A DNA stretch of 64,000 bases, taken from contig CANPYZ010000007.1 in NCBI GenBank assembly GCA_947589035.1, positions 13,199 through 77,198 of the forward strand. The letters run 5' to 3'. Shown in pieces: positions 35,822 to 45,554 of the stretch (position 1 is its first letter; the number at the start of each line of letters is the position of its first letter). Both the position numbers and the translations under genes were made by a program. The notes under the pieces are model-generated. The model saw nothing but the letters and a program-made list of their open reading frames with translations. It did no database searches and was not told the DNA's origin. The DNA comes from an uncultured Clostridia bacterium (GTDB lineage: Bacteria > Bacillota > Clostridia > Oscillospirales > Ruminococcaceae).

Positions 35822-35841
35822 TTTCGAAAAGGGGGTTCTCT

Positions 35842-36366
35842 ATGTCTCAGACTGCTAAATGGTATGTCATTCACACCTACTCCGGCTATGAAGATAAAGT
35901 CAGACAGAACATTGAAAAAGTCGTGGAGAACCGTAAACTCCATGAACAAATTCAGGAAGTCTACATTCCGAAAGAACACGTTACGGAAATCATTGACGGG
36001 AAAAAGAAAGAGTTCGACCGGAAAGTTTTCCCCGGTTACGTCCTCGTCAAAATGATTTATACTGATGATTCATGGGCTGTTGTTCGAAATACCCGTGGTG
36101 TGACGGGTTTCGTTGGTCCGGGGTCTAAACCTACTCCCCTTTCCGACAAAGAAGTCGCTTCTATGGGTATCAATGCGAAACCCGTCATTGAAGTGAATTA
36201 TCAGGTCGGCGACCTGATTCGTGTTTCCGGTACAAATATGGACGGTTTAACCGGTATCGTCAAAAATATTGACCTCGAAAATGAACAGGTTGAAGTGTTA
36301 ATTAGTATGTTCGGACAGGAAACACCTACTATTGTTGCCTTGCATCAAGTAGAAAAGTTAGACTGA
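35842..36366 (+). CDS. nusG: Transcription termination/antitermination factor NusG
   Basis: NGN domain 'KWYVIHTYSGYEDKV'. KOW motif 'GDLIRVSGTNMDGLTGIVKNID'. Confidence 0.9.
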   Translation: MSQTAKWYVIHTYSGYEDKVRQNIEKVVENRKLHEQIQEVYIPKEHVTEIIDGKKKEFDRKVFPGYVLVKMIYTDDSWAVVRNTRGVTGFVGPGSKPTPLSDKEVASMGINAKPVIEVNYQVGDLIRVSGTNMDGLTGIVKNIDLENEQVEVLISMFGQETPTIVALHQVEKLD

Positions 36367-36606
36367 TACAGAAATTTTACTTTATTTTGGCAAATCAACA
36401 GAAAGGAATTATGTTACTGGCACGATAATTAAATTTAATATTTAATTAAATATTATTAAAAATTATCGTGTGTACCCATGCGTTAATGGGGAATTTACGC
36501 CTTCGGAGTGTCATGCCAACATGAACAGTTTCCGCTGAACATGGACACGTTGAACAAGGAATGAAACAGAAAAATGTTTTCATTTTTCATTCGTTTTCAG
36601 TAACGA
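36367..36606 (+). promoter_or_regulatory. Structured 240-nt leader upstream of rplK-rplA; possible L1 autoregulatory leader
   Basis: Contains a roughly 50-nt AT-rich near-perfect palindrome (CACGATAATT...AATTATCGTG, 36423-36474) and GC hairpins (CCCATgcgttaATGGG). Assignment as an L1-binding leader is inference. Confidence 0.3.
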
Positions 36607-36612
36607 TTGATT

Positions 36613-37038
36613 ATGGCTCAGAAAGTTACAGGCTATATTAAATTACAGATTCCAGCAGGAAAAGCTACTCCTGCTCCTCCGGTTGGTCCTGCTTTAGGTC
36701 AGCACGGTGTGAATATTATGGCATTCACCAAAGAATTTAACGAAAGAACTAAGGGCGATATTGGAATGATTATTCCTGTTGTCATTACTGTTTATGCAGA
36801 CCGTTCTTTCTCGTTCATTACGAAAACTCCGCCTGCTGCTGTGTTAATCAAAAAGGCTTGCGGCATTGAAAGCGGTTCCGGTGTGCCGAATAAAACAAAA
36901 GTCGCTACCATAACGAAAGAACAGGTTCAGAAAATCGCTGAAACCAAAATGAAAGATTTAAATGCCGGCTCTATTGAAGCCGCTATGAGCATGATTGCCG
37001 GAACTGCTCGTTCAATGGGCGTTGTCGTTAAAGACTAA
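36613..37038 (+). CDS. rplK: 50S ribosomal protein L11
   Basis: [43 protein letters not shown] is canonical L11. Confidence 0.9.
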   Translation: MAQKVTGYIKLQIPAGKATPAPPVGPALGQHGVNIMAFTKEFNERTKGDIGMIIPVVITVYADRSFSFITKTPPAAVLIKKACGIESGSGVPNKTKVATITKEQVQKIAETKMKDLNAGSIEAAMSMIAGTARSMGVVVKD

Positions 37039-37101
37039 TTTCAGCAATAACACCCGTGGGAGGAATTTTCCGCTATTACCACAAATTAGGAGGATTTTAA
37101 C

Positions 37102-37797
37102 ATGAAACATGGTAAAAAATATGTCGATAGCCGTAAGGCGATTGAAGCAGACAAGCTCTATGATTCTACGGAAGCATTAGACCTCGTTTGCAAAAATGCT
37201 AAGGCGAAATTTGATGAAACAGTAGAAGTACACATTCGTTTAGGCGTTGACTCCCGTCACGCTGACCAGCAAGTCCGTGGTGCTGTTGTTTTACCGAATG
37301 GTACAGGTAAAAATGTCAGAGTTTGCGTGTTCTGCAAAGAAGATAAATATGACGCTGCTAAAGCTGCCGGCGCAGATTATGTCGGCGGTCAGGATTTAGT
37401 AGACAAAATTTCTAAAGAAAACTGGATGGATTTTGACGTTGTCGTTGCTTCCCCTGACATGATGGGCTTAGTTGGGCGTTTAGGGCGTATTCTCGGACCT
37501 CGTGGGTTAATGCCTAACCCGAAAGCCGGAACAGTTACTCCAGATGTGGCTAAGGCTGTTACCGATGCAAAAGCCGGTAAAATTGAATACCGTCTCGATA
37601 AAACCAATATTATTCACTGCCCTATCGGGAAAGCTTCTTTCGGTGCGGAAAAACTTGACCAGAATCTTTCTACTTTATTAGAAGCCGTTGTCAAGGCTAA
37701 ACCTGCTGCCGCTAAAGGCACATATTTAAAATCTTGCACAGTAACTTCTACAATGGGTCCTGGCGTTCCGGTAGCTACTGCAAAATATGGTGTTTAA
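37102..37797 (+). CDS. rplA: 50S ribosomal protein L1
   Basis: [29 protein letters not shown]...[11 protein letters not shown] is canonical L1. Confidence 0.9.
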   Translation: MKHGKKYVDSRKAIEADKLYDSTEALDLVCKNAKAKFDETVEVHIRLGVDSRHADQQVRGAVVLPNGTGKNVRVCVFCKEDKYDAAKAAGADYVGGQDLVDKISKENWMDFDVVVASPDMMGLVGRLGRILGPRGLMPNPKAGTVTPDVAKAVTDAKAGKIEYRLDKTNIIHCPIGKASFGAEKLDQNLSTLLEAVVKAKPAAAKGTYLKSCTVTSTMGPGVPVATAKYGV

Positions 37798-37809
37798 TTT
37801 AAAAAATTT

Positions 37810-37840
37810 CCCCTGCTGAAGTTCAGCAGGGGTTTTGTTT
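37810..37840. terminator. Bidirectional Rho-independent terminator
   Basis: CCCCTGCTGAAgTTCAGCAGGGG with T-runs on both strands. Separates rplA from the convergent GH26 gene. Confidence 0.8.
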
Positions 37841-37850
37841 ATGTTTATTC

Positions 37851-39980
37851 TTATTCTTTGTAATTTTTCAGGTCGTCTTCTGATAAAATTTGTACGATAT
37901 ATTTCATAATCGATAACGCTTCTGATGGTTCAGCCGTGCCATTCCGGTTGAAGTCAACATTTTTCAAGCCTTGTTCGGTCAGTTCTGATTTTCCGAGAAC
38001 ACTTCTGTTCAGTAAAATCACATCTAAAATATCTACATTGTCGTTCAGGTCTGCATCTCCGTAAACAATGCCGTCTTTATCCGTTGTTCCTGTGGGGTCT
38101 TCTTTTGTCGGTGGCTCTGTTCCTGTGGGGTCTTGCGTTCCGGTGGTTTCTTCTGTTGGGGGTTCTGTTCCGGTCGGGTCTTCTTCCGTTGGTGATTGCG
38201 TTCCGGAACGTTTAAATAAATCTTCCGGCAGTTCGTCTAATGTAATGCAGTAATCGCTCTGGTATAATTCTTTCACCGTTTCCGGATTCTGATATTCTTC
38301 ACCGGAAATGAATTTCGGGCTGCTGCTTTCGTCATACCATGTGCAGAAATATAACCATTTCGCTTGTTCAATCTGCATGTTCGACAAGCTCGGAATAGAA
38401 TCATTTTCCGGCATGGAGACCATTTTCTTGTTATCTACATAATCAAGCAATGACCAGAAAATTTTACTTTCCGCATCTTCATTAGGTCCTGAAGTTTTCC
38501 CGTCATGACGGTTGTATTGCGTGTTATATTTGTCAAAACCTACAATATCTACCCATTCATCGCCGCTGTACCATAAAGCGGATTCTTCCGACCATGCATA
38601 TAAATTCTGTTCCCAGATAATATTATGCAAGCCGTATTTTTCCGTTAATGTCGTGTATAACAGTTTCCATAATTCTTTGTAAGTTTCTGCGCCTTCTTTC
38701 GACCACCAGAACCAGGAACCGGAACCGTCACCATTATTTCCAGGGTTGCCTTCTGCTTCATGTAACGGGCGGAAAATTAACGGCACTCCTGCGTCTTGCA
38801 ATTTCTGAATCTGTTCCGCTAACAGTTTCATTGCCTCTTGAAAGAAATAATATTCTTTCGTGCCTTCAATCATGCAGTTCTTTGTCACAAAGTCGGTGTC
38901 AATGCCGTAAGTGAATTTCTGCCAGTCGTTTGAAATTTTCGTGATGTTGCCTTCTTTATCTACTTCAAAATCTTCCATAGATGTCGGAACAGTCACATGC
39001 CAGCTTGCAGTGCAGATTCCGTTTTTGTTAATTGTCCAGTCAATCATTCTGTCTGTTACGCCGTCTTCCCACGCAAAACCAGGATTGTGACAGTTGAAGT
39101 CAAATCCCCGTATTGCCGGATAATGACCCGTTAAATTATACAGATATTCACATTCTTCATTGTAATCATTATAAGTATATCCTCGGTTCTGTTCGTTATA
39201 ATGATAGTCTTGCCCTTTTTCATCATAACATGTCCAGACGAATGTTGAACCGTCGTCCGCTGTTGCTTTGTCCGCTTCATCGAAAGTATATGTTTTCCCG
39301 TCCGCATCTACGCAAGTATTCGTTGCAGCATCATAACGAATCGTTGTTTCTTTCCCGTGTCCGCCGCCGTAAATTTCCTGCTGTCCGGAAAGAATATTTT
39401 TCCCGTAAACAGAATTTAAATAGCCTAATAATGATTTTGCTTCATCAGTTGCTTTCGGGTCACTGGGAACACCTGTTCCCTTTACTTCTTCCAATGTTGC
39501 TTTTTCAATGGTGATTGTGTCGTAAGCCGCATAGCCGTAAACCGGTTTTAAACTTAATTCATTCACGCCTTTTTTCAAGCGGAACACGCCGAAACTAACT
39601 TCCTGCCATTTGTCAATATAGGGCATGTTATAAGTGTAATCAATTCCATTCACAGAAATTGTCTGCATTCTGCCTTCTTCGCTTAAAATCTGGCATACAC
39701 GGACTTTAATTTCATACATGCCTTCTTCTTCTACTTCCACGTTGAAGTTAATCGGATTCGCTGTTAAATAGGCAAACCCTTCTCCGGAATAATCCGGTAA
39801 CTGCGTTTCATAAATCGATGTCCAGACTTCCGCACCGTCAAATGTTTCCACTTCATAAGTACCTAATGGTAATGCTTTTGTGTCAGTTTCTTCCGCAATC
39901 ACCGGAAAAATTCCCGTTCCTGCGGCAAACATGGACAACGCCATTACTGCACTAATGCATTTCCTGATTGAACGCCTCAT
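37851..39980 (-). CDS. GH26-family beta-mannanase with N-terminal CBM-like beta-sandwich, PT-linker and C-terminal type-I dockerin
   Basis: Start at MRRSIRKCISAVMALSMFAAG (AAGGAGG RBS). 'LIFRPLHEAEG...SWFWWSKEG' is the GH26 W-F-R-P-x-H-E ... WFWWG signature. Linker PTEEDPTGTEPPTEETTGTQDPTGTEPPTKEDPTGT. Dockerin 'GDADLNDNVDILDVILLNRSVLGK...VDFNRNGTAEPSEALSIMKYIVQIL'. Confidence 0.65.
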   Translation of the reverse strand: MRRSIRKCISAVMALSMFAAGTGIFPVIAEETDTKALPLGTYEVETFDGAEVWTSIYETQLPDYSGEGFAYLTANPINFNVEVEEEGMYEIKVRVCQILSEEGRMQTISVNGIDYTYNMPYIDKWQEVSFGVFRLKKGVNELSLKPVYGYAAYDTITIEKATLEEVKGTGVPSDPKATDEAKSLLGYLNSVYGKNILSGQQEIYGGGHGKETTIRYDAATNTCVDADGKTYTFDEADKATADDGSTFVWTCYDEKGQDYHYNEQNRGYTYNDYNEECEYLYNLTGHYPAIRGFDFNCHNPGFAWEDGVTDRMIDWTINKNGICTASWHVTVPTSMEDFEVDKEGNITKISNDWQKFTYGIDTDFVTKNCMIEGTKEYYFFQEAMKLLAEQIQKLQDAGVPLIFRPLHEAEGNPGNNGDGSGSWFWWSKEGAETYKELWKLLYTTLTEKYGLHNIIWEQNLYAWSEESALWYSGDEWVDIVGFDKYNTQYNRHDGKTSGPNEDAESKIFWSLLDYVDNKKMVSMPENDSIPSLSNMQIEQAKWLYFCTWYDESSSPKFISGEEYQNPETVKELYQSDYCITLDELPEDLFKRSGTQSPTEEDPTGTEPPTEETTGTQDPTGTEPPTKEDPTGTTDKDGIVYGDADLNDNVDILDVILLNRSVLGKSELTEQGLKNVDFNRNGTAEPSEALSIMKYIVQILSEDDLKNYKE

Positions 39981-40518
39981 GAAAAAAACCTCCTTAATGA
40001 TAAAATATACACTTTTATTATAACATATTTTTACGTTCACTTCTATATTTAAACTGCACAAATTTAATTCTTATTTTTTGTGCAGATATACAAATTGTCA
40101 TCTTTTACAAAATTCAGCATTAACCTTTTTCGTTTGTGCATAATTACCAAAGTCTGACACCATTCTGAACGAGGCATTTTCTTTCGGCATTGTGGAAAAT
40201 TTACAGTTTTTAACAGTGGAAATCAACTATTTTGCCAATAAACAGTTACTGTTTTGTTGTAGCTGTAATGAATTTGTAATTTTATTCTCTTGAAAATCAG
40301 ATATTTTATTTCCGTGTTCATAATTTTTTTACAAAATTTATGTGCAATTTGACTATGAAACAGGGGGATTATTTCCTGAAACTTTGGACGTTTCATAGAA
40401 TCGCTTGCAAAACTCTTGCCTTTTGGGAAAAAATATGTTATGATGTTACTGGTATCAGGAACAAACCCTGATAAGTTTAAAATTTATGTTGATTAAATTC
40501 TTAGAAAGGAATGAGTTG

Positions 40519-41934
40519 ATGAGAAAGGCAAAAGTTGCAGCTATTAGCATGGGCATTATCGCTTCTTTATTATTCGGAGGTTACGCTGTCGCAGATGCGG
40601 CAACTGTAACGTTAGACGAAAGCGCAGCAGGCACTCCCGACGCTCCTCAGCCAATCAGCGCAAGTAAAGCCCAGACCGCTGCACAGTCCCCTTCCGCTTC
40701 TGATCATATTATCCTCAAAGAAACTGTTGAATCTTATGAAGATTATACACCCCTTTATGTTCCGGTGAAAACTGAAATCGAATTAGTTCAGCCGGAGACA
40801 GAACCGACGGAAGAAGAATTTCAGGCACAGAAACAGACTGTTGCCCACACAGATTTCCAGCATGAAGAACCTGTTGTTCAGGAAAGCACAGAACCCCAAG
40901 AACAAACACCGCTTTATGTTCCGGAAGAATCTGAACCAGTTGAAAATGAAAATAATGAAAATACTGAAGAATTTTCAGAACCTGTAGAAAATTCAACAGA
41001 AATTGAAACACAAGAGGAAACAAAACAGTATGTTCCGTTAGATAGTCCTGAACCAGAAACAACGGAAGAAACAACTTCCAGAATTTTCGTGAAATCTATT
41101 GCAGTGAACCGTTCCACGGAAACTTCCGCTCCGGAAACAACCGAACCTGAAGAAGAAACTTCCGCAGAAACGATTTACACAGTAGCGGACATTACCACTG
41201 CTGCACATAAGGAAACCACAACGAAAGCGACTACTAAAGCTACTACTCCAGAAACAACGAAAGTTACTACAAAGGCAACGACGAAAGCAACAACTACCAC
41301 GACAAAAGAAACAACCACTACTACCACTACTACGACAACCACAGAAACCACTACGGAAACGACAACGACTGAACCAATTATCACCACAACGGAAACAACT
41401 GTTCCCCCTGAAGTAATTAACCCAGAAGTCGTAGAAGTGCCGGAAGTTTACCTCGATGATATGCTCGATGTGGATTATGTAGAAGTGGAAACTGCTCCGG
41501 AAGTGGAAGAATTTTCAGAAGAAGTTTTTGAAGAAAATATTGAAGAAGTTGAAGAATTTCCTGCTGATGACCCTGAAAACCCTGAAATCATTTCTGTTAC
41601 TTCTGTAAACGATAGCGATTATGTTCTCCTGTGCAACTGCGTTGCCCATGAGGCAGGCTCTGAAAATATTTCTATCGAAAATAAAGCCCGTGTTGTAGAA
41701 GTCATTATGAACCGTGTCGCCTCTTCTAATTTCCCGAATACCGTTTACGGCGTAATTACTCAGCCATATCAATTCAGCGGTTCTTCCTCCTACGCAAATT
41801 ATTCCGGTTATACCAGCAAAGTGACTCAAAATGTCATTTCCGCTGTTGACCTCTATTTCGCTGACCCGTCCGCCTTTAATGAAGGTTACCTCTATTTCTA
41901 CGGTGACGGCAGTCAGAACCATTTCACTAACTAA
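40519..41934 (+). CDS. SleB-type cell-wall hydrolase (Hydrolase_2) with signal peptide and a long acidic/Thr-rich N-terminal region
   Basis: Start at MRKAKVAAISMGIIASLLFGGYAVA (AAGGAA RBS). C-terminal 'LLCNCVAHEAGSENISIENKARVVEVIMNRVASSNFPNTVYGVITQPYQFSG' matches the SleB/CwlJ catalytic-domain block. Confidence 0.65.
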   Translation: MRKAKVAAISMGIIASLLFGGYAVADAATVTLDESAAGTPDAPQPISASKAQTAAQSPSASDHIILKETVESYEDYTPLYVPVKTEIELVQPETEPTEEEFQAQKQTVAHTDFQHEEPVVQESTEPQEQTPLYVPEESEPVENENNENTEEFSEPVENSTEIETQEETKQYVPLDSPEPETTEETTSRIFVKSIAVNRSTETSAPETTEPEEETSAETIYTVADITTAAHKETTTKATTKATTPETTKVTTKATTKATTTTTKETTTTTTTTTTTETTTETTTTEPIITTTETTVPPEVINPEVVEVPEVYLDDMLDVDYVEVETAPEVEEFSEEVFEENIEEVEEFPADDPENPEIISVTSVNDSDYVLLCNCVAHEAGSENISIENKARVVEVIMNRVASSNFPNTVYGVITQPYQFSGSSSYANYSGYTSKVTQNVISAVDLYFADPSAFNEGYLYFYGDGSQNHFTN

Positions 41935-42041
41935 TTACATTTGATTAACTTCAAATTCAGTTTAAATTTAACTTCAAAAAGAGTATTGCAACGGCAATGC
42001 TCTTTTTTTGCGCCAGTCGACAAAAATTTACAGAATTTTAC

Positions 42042-42070
42042 TTGACGGATTCGTGAAAATTCAGTATAAT
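42042..42070 (+). promoter_or_regulatory. sigma-A promoter of aroBAC, TTGACG-17 bp-TATAAT
   Basis: TTGACG at 42042-42047 and TATAAT at 42065-42070. Confidence 0.65.
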
Positions 42071-42121
42071 ATAAGTAGGGGGATTTTATTTTCCCAAATT
42101 TTCAAATATCAGGAGGTTATC

Positions 42122-43168
42122 ATGCAAACAATTCATGTACCCGTTCAACAGGCTTACGACATTTTCGTGGAAAGGAATTTACTTTCCCGTTGCGGAGAAA
42201 TGATTCACTCTCTTTGTCCGGCTTCTACTTGTGCCATTATCACTGACGACCATGTCGCTCCGCTTTACGCCGATGTTGTCGAATTTTCCCTTAAACAATC
42301 CGGTTTCCATACGGAAAAATTCGTCTTCCCTCATGGGGAATCTTCTAAAAGTTCCGCCACGCTCCTGAATATCTATTCTTTCCTTTGCCAGAAAGAAATT
42401 ACCCGTTCCGATTGTTTAATTGCCCTCGGCGGCGGCGTTGTCGGGGATATTACCGGTTTCGCTGCGGCAACTTTCCTCAGAGGTATCCGCTATATTCAAA
42501 TTCCTACTTCTTTACTTGCTCAAGTCGATTCTTCCGTTGGCGGAAAAACAGCGATTGACCTCCCAGAAGGAAAAAATCTTGTCGGCGCATTCAAACAGCC
42601 TGCTGCTGTCATTTGTGACCCCGACACGCTTTCCACGCTTCCGGAAAAGTTTTTCATTGACGGTATGGGGGAAGTCATTAAATATGGCATGATTGCGGAT
42701 AAAACGCTTTTCGAACAGTTATGCAATTATGATTTATCTTCCGTTCATCAACATCTTGATGAAATCATTCCCACATGCATTTCAATTAAGCGTGATGTTG
42801 TCGCTGAAGATGAACTCGATACCGGAAAAAGAATGATTCTCAATTTCGGTCATACTTTAGGACATGCCATTGAAGCCTATTACCATTACGGAACATACAC
42901 CCACGGCTGCGCCGTTGCTGCCGGAATGTGCTTAATGACGAAATTCTGCGGCTCTCCTGAAATTTATCATCAGCTGAAAACTTGCGTGGAACGTTATCAG
43001 CTCCCTTCTTCCGTTCCGGCTTCTATTCCCGATTTACTTTCCCTCTGCGGTAACGATAAAAAACGCTCCGGCTCTGTTCTTCGCTATATCGTCTGTGACC
43101 CCGTGGGAAATGCGGAAATTCGTTCCGATTCTCTTCAGGATTTCCGGAAACATTTTCATTTGACTTGA
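42122..43168 (+). CDS. aroB: 3-dehydroquinate synthase
   Basis: Start at MQTIHVPVQQ (AGGAGG RBS). 'GGGVVGDITGFAAATFLRGIRYIQIPTSLLAQVDSSVGGKTAIDLPEGKNLVGAFKQP' is the DHQS nucleotide/metal-binding core. Confidence 0.85.
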   Translation: MQTIHVPVQQAYDIFVERNLLSRCGEMIHSLCPASTCAIITDDHVAPLYADVVEFSLKQSGFHTEKFVFPHGESSKSSATLLNIYSFLCQKEITRSDCLIALGGGVVGDITGFAAATFLRGIRYIQIPTSLLAQVDSSVGGKTAIDLPEGKNLVGAFKQPAAVICDPDTLSTLPEKFFIDGMGEVIKYGMIADKTLFEQLCNYDLSSVHQHLDEIIPTCISIKRDVVAEDELDTGKRMILNFGHTLGHAIEAYYHYGTYTHGCAVAAGMCLMTKFCGSPEIYHQLKTCVERYQLPSSVPASIPDLLSLCGNDKKRSGSVLRYIVCDPVGNAEIRSDSLQDFRKHFHLT

Positions 43169-43180
43169 AAGGAAAATTTC

Positions 43181-44407
43181 ATGAATATACAAATTCAGCC
43201 ACATAAACTCATGGGAACAGTGAAAATTCCCTCTTCTAAAAGCATTGCCCACAGAATGCTCATCTGCTCCGCTTTAAGTAAAGGCGTTTCCCAAATTTCT
43301 GGAATTAGCTTTTCTAAAGACATTGAAGCAACTATTTCCGTGTTAAAGGCGTTCGGGGCGGATTTCCAGAAATCAGAAGACACTGTTTCCGTTACGGGAA
43401 TTTCTTCTTGTCCTCCGGTTGCCACTGCCGACTGCAACGAAAGCGGTTCTACTCTTCGGTTTTTAATTCCTGTTGCCGCTGCTCTCGGTATTGAAACCAC
43501 GTTCACCGGAAAAGGAAAACTCCCTCAACGCCCAATTACGCCTTACATTCGGGAATTGAAATCTATTGATTTTCATGACTATCAGAATACTATGCCATTC
43601 ACTATCAGCGGAAAATTACAAAACGGAACGTTTTCTTTAGAAGGGAATATTTCTTCACAATTTATTACCGGCTTACTTCTTGCTTTACCCTTATTGCAAA
43701 AAGATTCTGAAATTATTCTCACTTCCCCGTTAGAATCTCGCCCCTACGCCGAAATGACCATTGACTGCATGGAAAAATTTAAAGTCTGCACGAAAGAAAT
43801 TCCAAACGGCTGGCACGTGTTCGGCAATCAGCATTACCACCCGCAAAATATTTCTGTAGAGGGCGATTTTTCACAAGCAGCATTTTTCTATGTTGCTAAT
43901 GCAATCGGAAATCAAATTATTTTAAAAAATATTCCTTCAAATTCCGTTCAGGGCGACCGGAAAATTGTTGAATTAATCGAAAAAATTTGCTACCAAACCG
44001 ATTCAGAAGAAAAATTTATCATTGATGCGAAAGATATTCCTGACCTCGTTCCCATTCTCGCCGTTTTAGCAACATTCAGCACTAAACCAACAGTAATTTG
44101 TAATGCCCAGCGTTTACGCATTAAAGAAAGTGACCGCCTTGTTTCTACTGCTGATATGCTGAACAATCTCGGCGGAAAAGTCACCGTTCTTTCCGACGGA
44201 CTGGAAATTTTCCCTTCAGCTTTACATGGCGGAACAGTTGACAGTGCCGGAGATCACCGAATTGCCATGTGTGCAGCAATCGCCGCTTCACGGGCTTCCG
44301 AACCTGTGACAATTCTCGGCGCAGAATGTGTCGAAAAATCTTATCCTGCATTTTTCCAGGATTATCAAAATTTAGGGGGCGTTGTCAATGGCTTCCATTT
44401 GGAATAA
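43181..44407 (+). CDS. aroA: 3-phosphoshikimate 1-carboxyvinyltransferase (EPSP synthase)
   Basis: 'VKIPSSKSIAHRMLICSAL' (LPGSKSxSNR-type motif) and the overall two-domain length (408 aa). Confidence 0.85.
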   Translation: MNIQIQPHKLMGTVKIPSSKSIAHRMLICSALSKGVSQISGISFSKDIEATISVLKAFGADFQKSEDTVSVTGISSCPPVATADCNESGSTLRFLIPVAAALGIETTFTGKGKLPQRPITPYIRELKSIDFHDYQNTMPFTISGKLQNGTFSLEGNISSQFITGLLLALPLLQKDSEIILTSPLESRPYAEMTIDCMEKFKVCTKEIPNGWHVFGNQHYHPQNISVEGDFSQAAFFYVANAIGNQIILKNIPSNSVQGDRKIVELIEKICYQTDSEEKFIIDAKDIPDLVPILAVLATFSTKPTVICNAQRLRIKESDRLVSTADMLNNLGGKVTVLSDGLEIFPSALHGGTVDSAGDHRIAMCAAIAASRASEPVTILGAECVEKSYPAFFQDYQNLGGVVNGFHLE

Positions 44408-45464
44408 CCGGATTTCTATTTCCGTATTCGGTGAAACACAAGGTGCGGCAATCGGCATTACAATTGATAATCTTCCCCCTGGCGAATATTTAGATACTCA
44501 CCAAATTTCCCGCTTTATGGAACGCTGCGGAAAAACTAATCAAAATCGCCCTGTATTTACTCAGGTCATGTCCGGAATGTTAAACGACAGAACAACCGGT
44601 TCACCTCTTTGTGCATTTATTCAGAACCCTTCCCCGAAAATGCCCGATTCTTCCCAAATTAACCGCCTTCCCCGCCCGGGACATGCTGATTATACCGGAA
44701 CACTCCGCTATAAAGGGTTTAATGATATTCGTGACGGGGGGCATTTGTCCACTTCTATGATTGCGCCAATTTGTTTCGCTGGTGCTGTTTGCGCACAAAT
44801 TCTCGAAAGAAGAGGAATTTACACCGGCGCACATATTGAAGAATTACACGGCATTCACGACTCGCCATTTAATCATCTTTCCGTCACGAAAGAAGACATT
44901 CTCGCCGTACGGTATAAATCTTTCCCTGTCATTAAAAATTCCCAGAAAGAAAAAATGTTAGAAGACATTCAATTAGCTGCACAAGGTGGTGAAACGCTCG
45001 GCGGTGCAGTGGAATGCGCTTCCGTGAATGTCCCTGCCGGAATTGGTTCACCTTTATTCAATGGCTTAGAAAATACGATTTCCCAACTTTTATTCGCTTT
45101 ACCGGATATTCGAGGTTTATCTTTCGGGGCTGGTTTCGATGTCACCCACATGACCGGAAGTCAATGCAATGATAGCTATTATGTTGACAATCACGGACAT
45201 GTCCGCACCGCTTCCAATAATCACGGTGGCATTCTCGGCGGTATTTCTTCCGGTATGCCAATTATTTTAAAAGCTGCTTTCCGCCCGCCCGCCTCCCTCG
45301 GTACGGCTCAGGAAACCATTAACCTTTCCAGCATGGAAAAAGAATCCCTCCCCCCTGTCTCCGCTCCTGAATCCTGCATTCTTCCTAAACTCGTTCCCTG
45401 CGTGGAATCCGCTGTCAATATTGCTTTATTATCTCATTTATTAGACTACCCGCATTTTTGTTAA
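44382..45464 (+). CDS. aroC: Chorismate synthase
   Basis: 'RISISVFGETQGAAIGITIDNLPPG', 'RPGHADYTGTLRY' and 'GGISSGMPIILKAAFRPPAS' are canonical chorismate-synthase blocks. Overlaps aroA by 26 nt. Confidence 0.85.
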   Translation: MSMASIWNNRISISVFGETQGAAIGITIDNLPPGEYLDTHQISRFMERCGKTNQNRPVFTQVMSGMLNDRTTGSPLCAFIQNPSPKMPDSSQINRLPRPGHADYTGTLRYKGFNDIRDGGHLSTSMIAPICFAGAVCAQILERRGIYTGAHIEELHGIHDSPFNHLSVTKEDILAVRYKSFPVIKNSQKEKMLEDIQLAAQGGETLGGAVECASVNVPAGIGSPLFNGLENTISQLLFALPDIRGLSFGAGFDVTHMTGSQCNDSYYVDNHGHVRTASNNHGGILGGISSGMPIILKAAFRPPASLGTAQETINLSSMEKESLPPVSAPESCILPKLVPCVESAVNIALLSHLLDYPHFC

Positions 45465-45504
45465 TCTTATAATCTTAAATTTAATTTAATTTAATTTATA
45501 AATA

Positions 45505-45536
45505 AAAAGAACCTCTCGGAATGAGAGGTTCTTTTA
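45505..45536. terminator. Bidirectional Rho-independent terminator
   Basis: AAGAACCTCTCggaatGAGAGGTTCTT flanked by A/T runs. Separates aroC from the convergent scaffoldin gene. Confidence 0.8.
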
Positions 45537-45554
45537 AGTGTCTGCTTAAGCAGA

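Noticed and set aside
40062-40485. Repeated TTTGTGCA motifs (40076, 40131) in the divergent GH26 / SleB-like promoter region as a regulator site
   Set aside because: Only two short 8-mers with no dyad symmetry. This is insufficient evidence for an operator.
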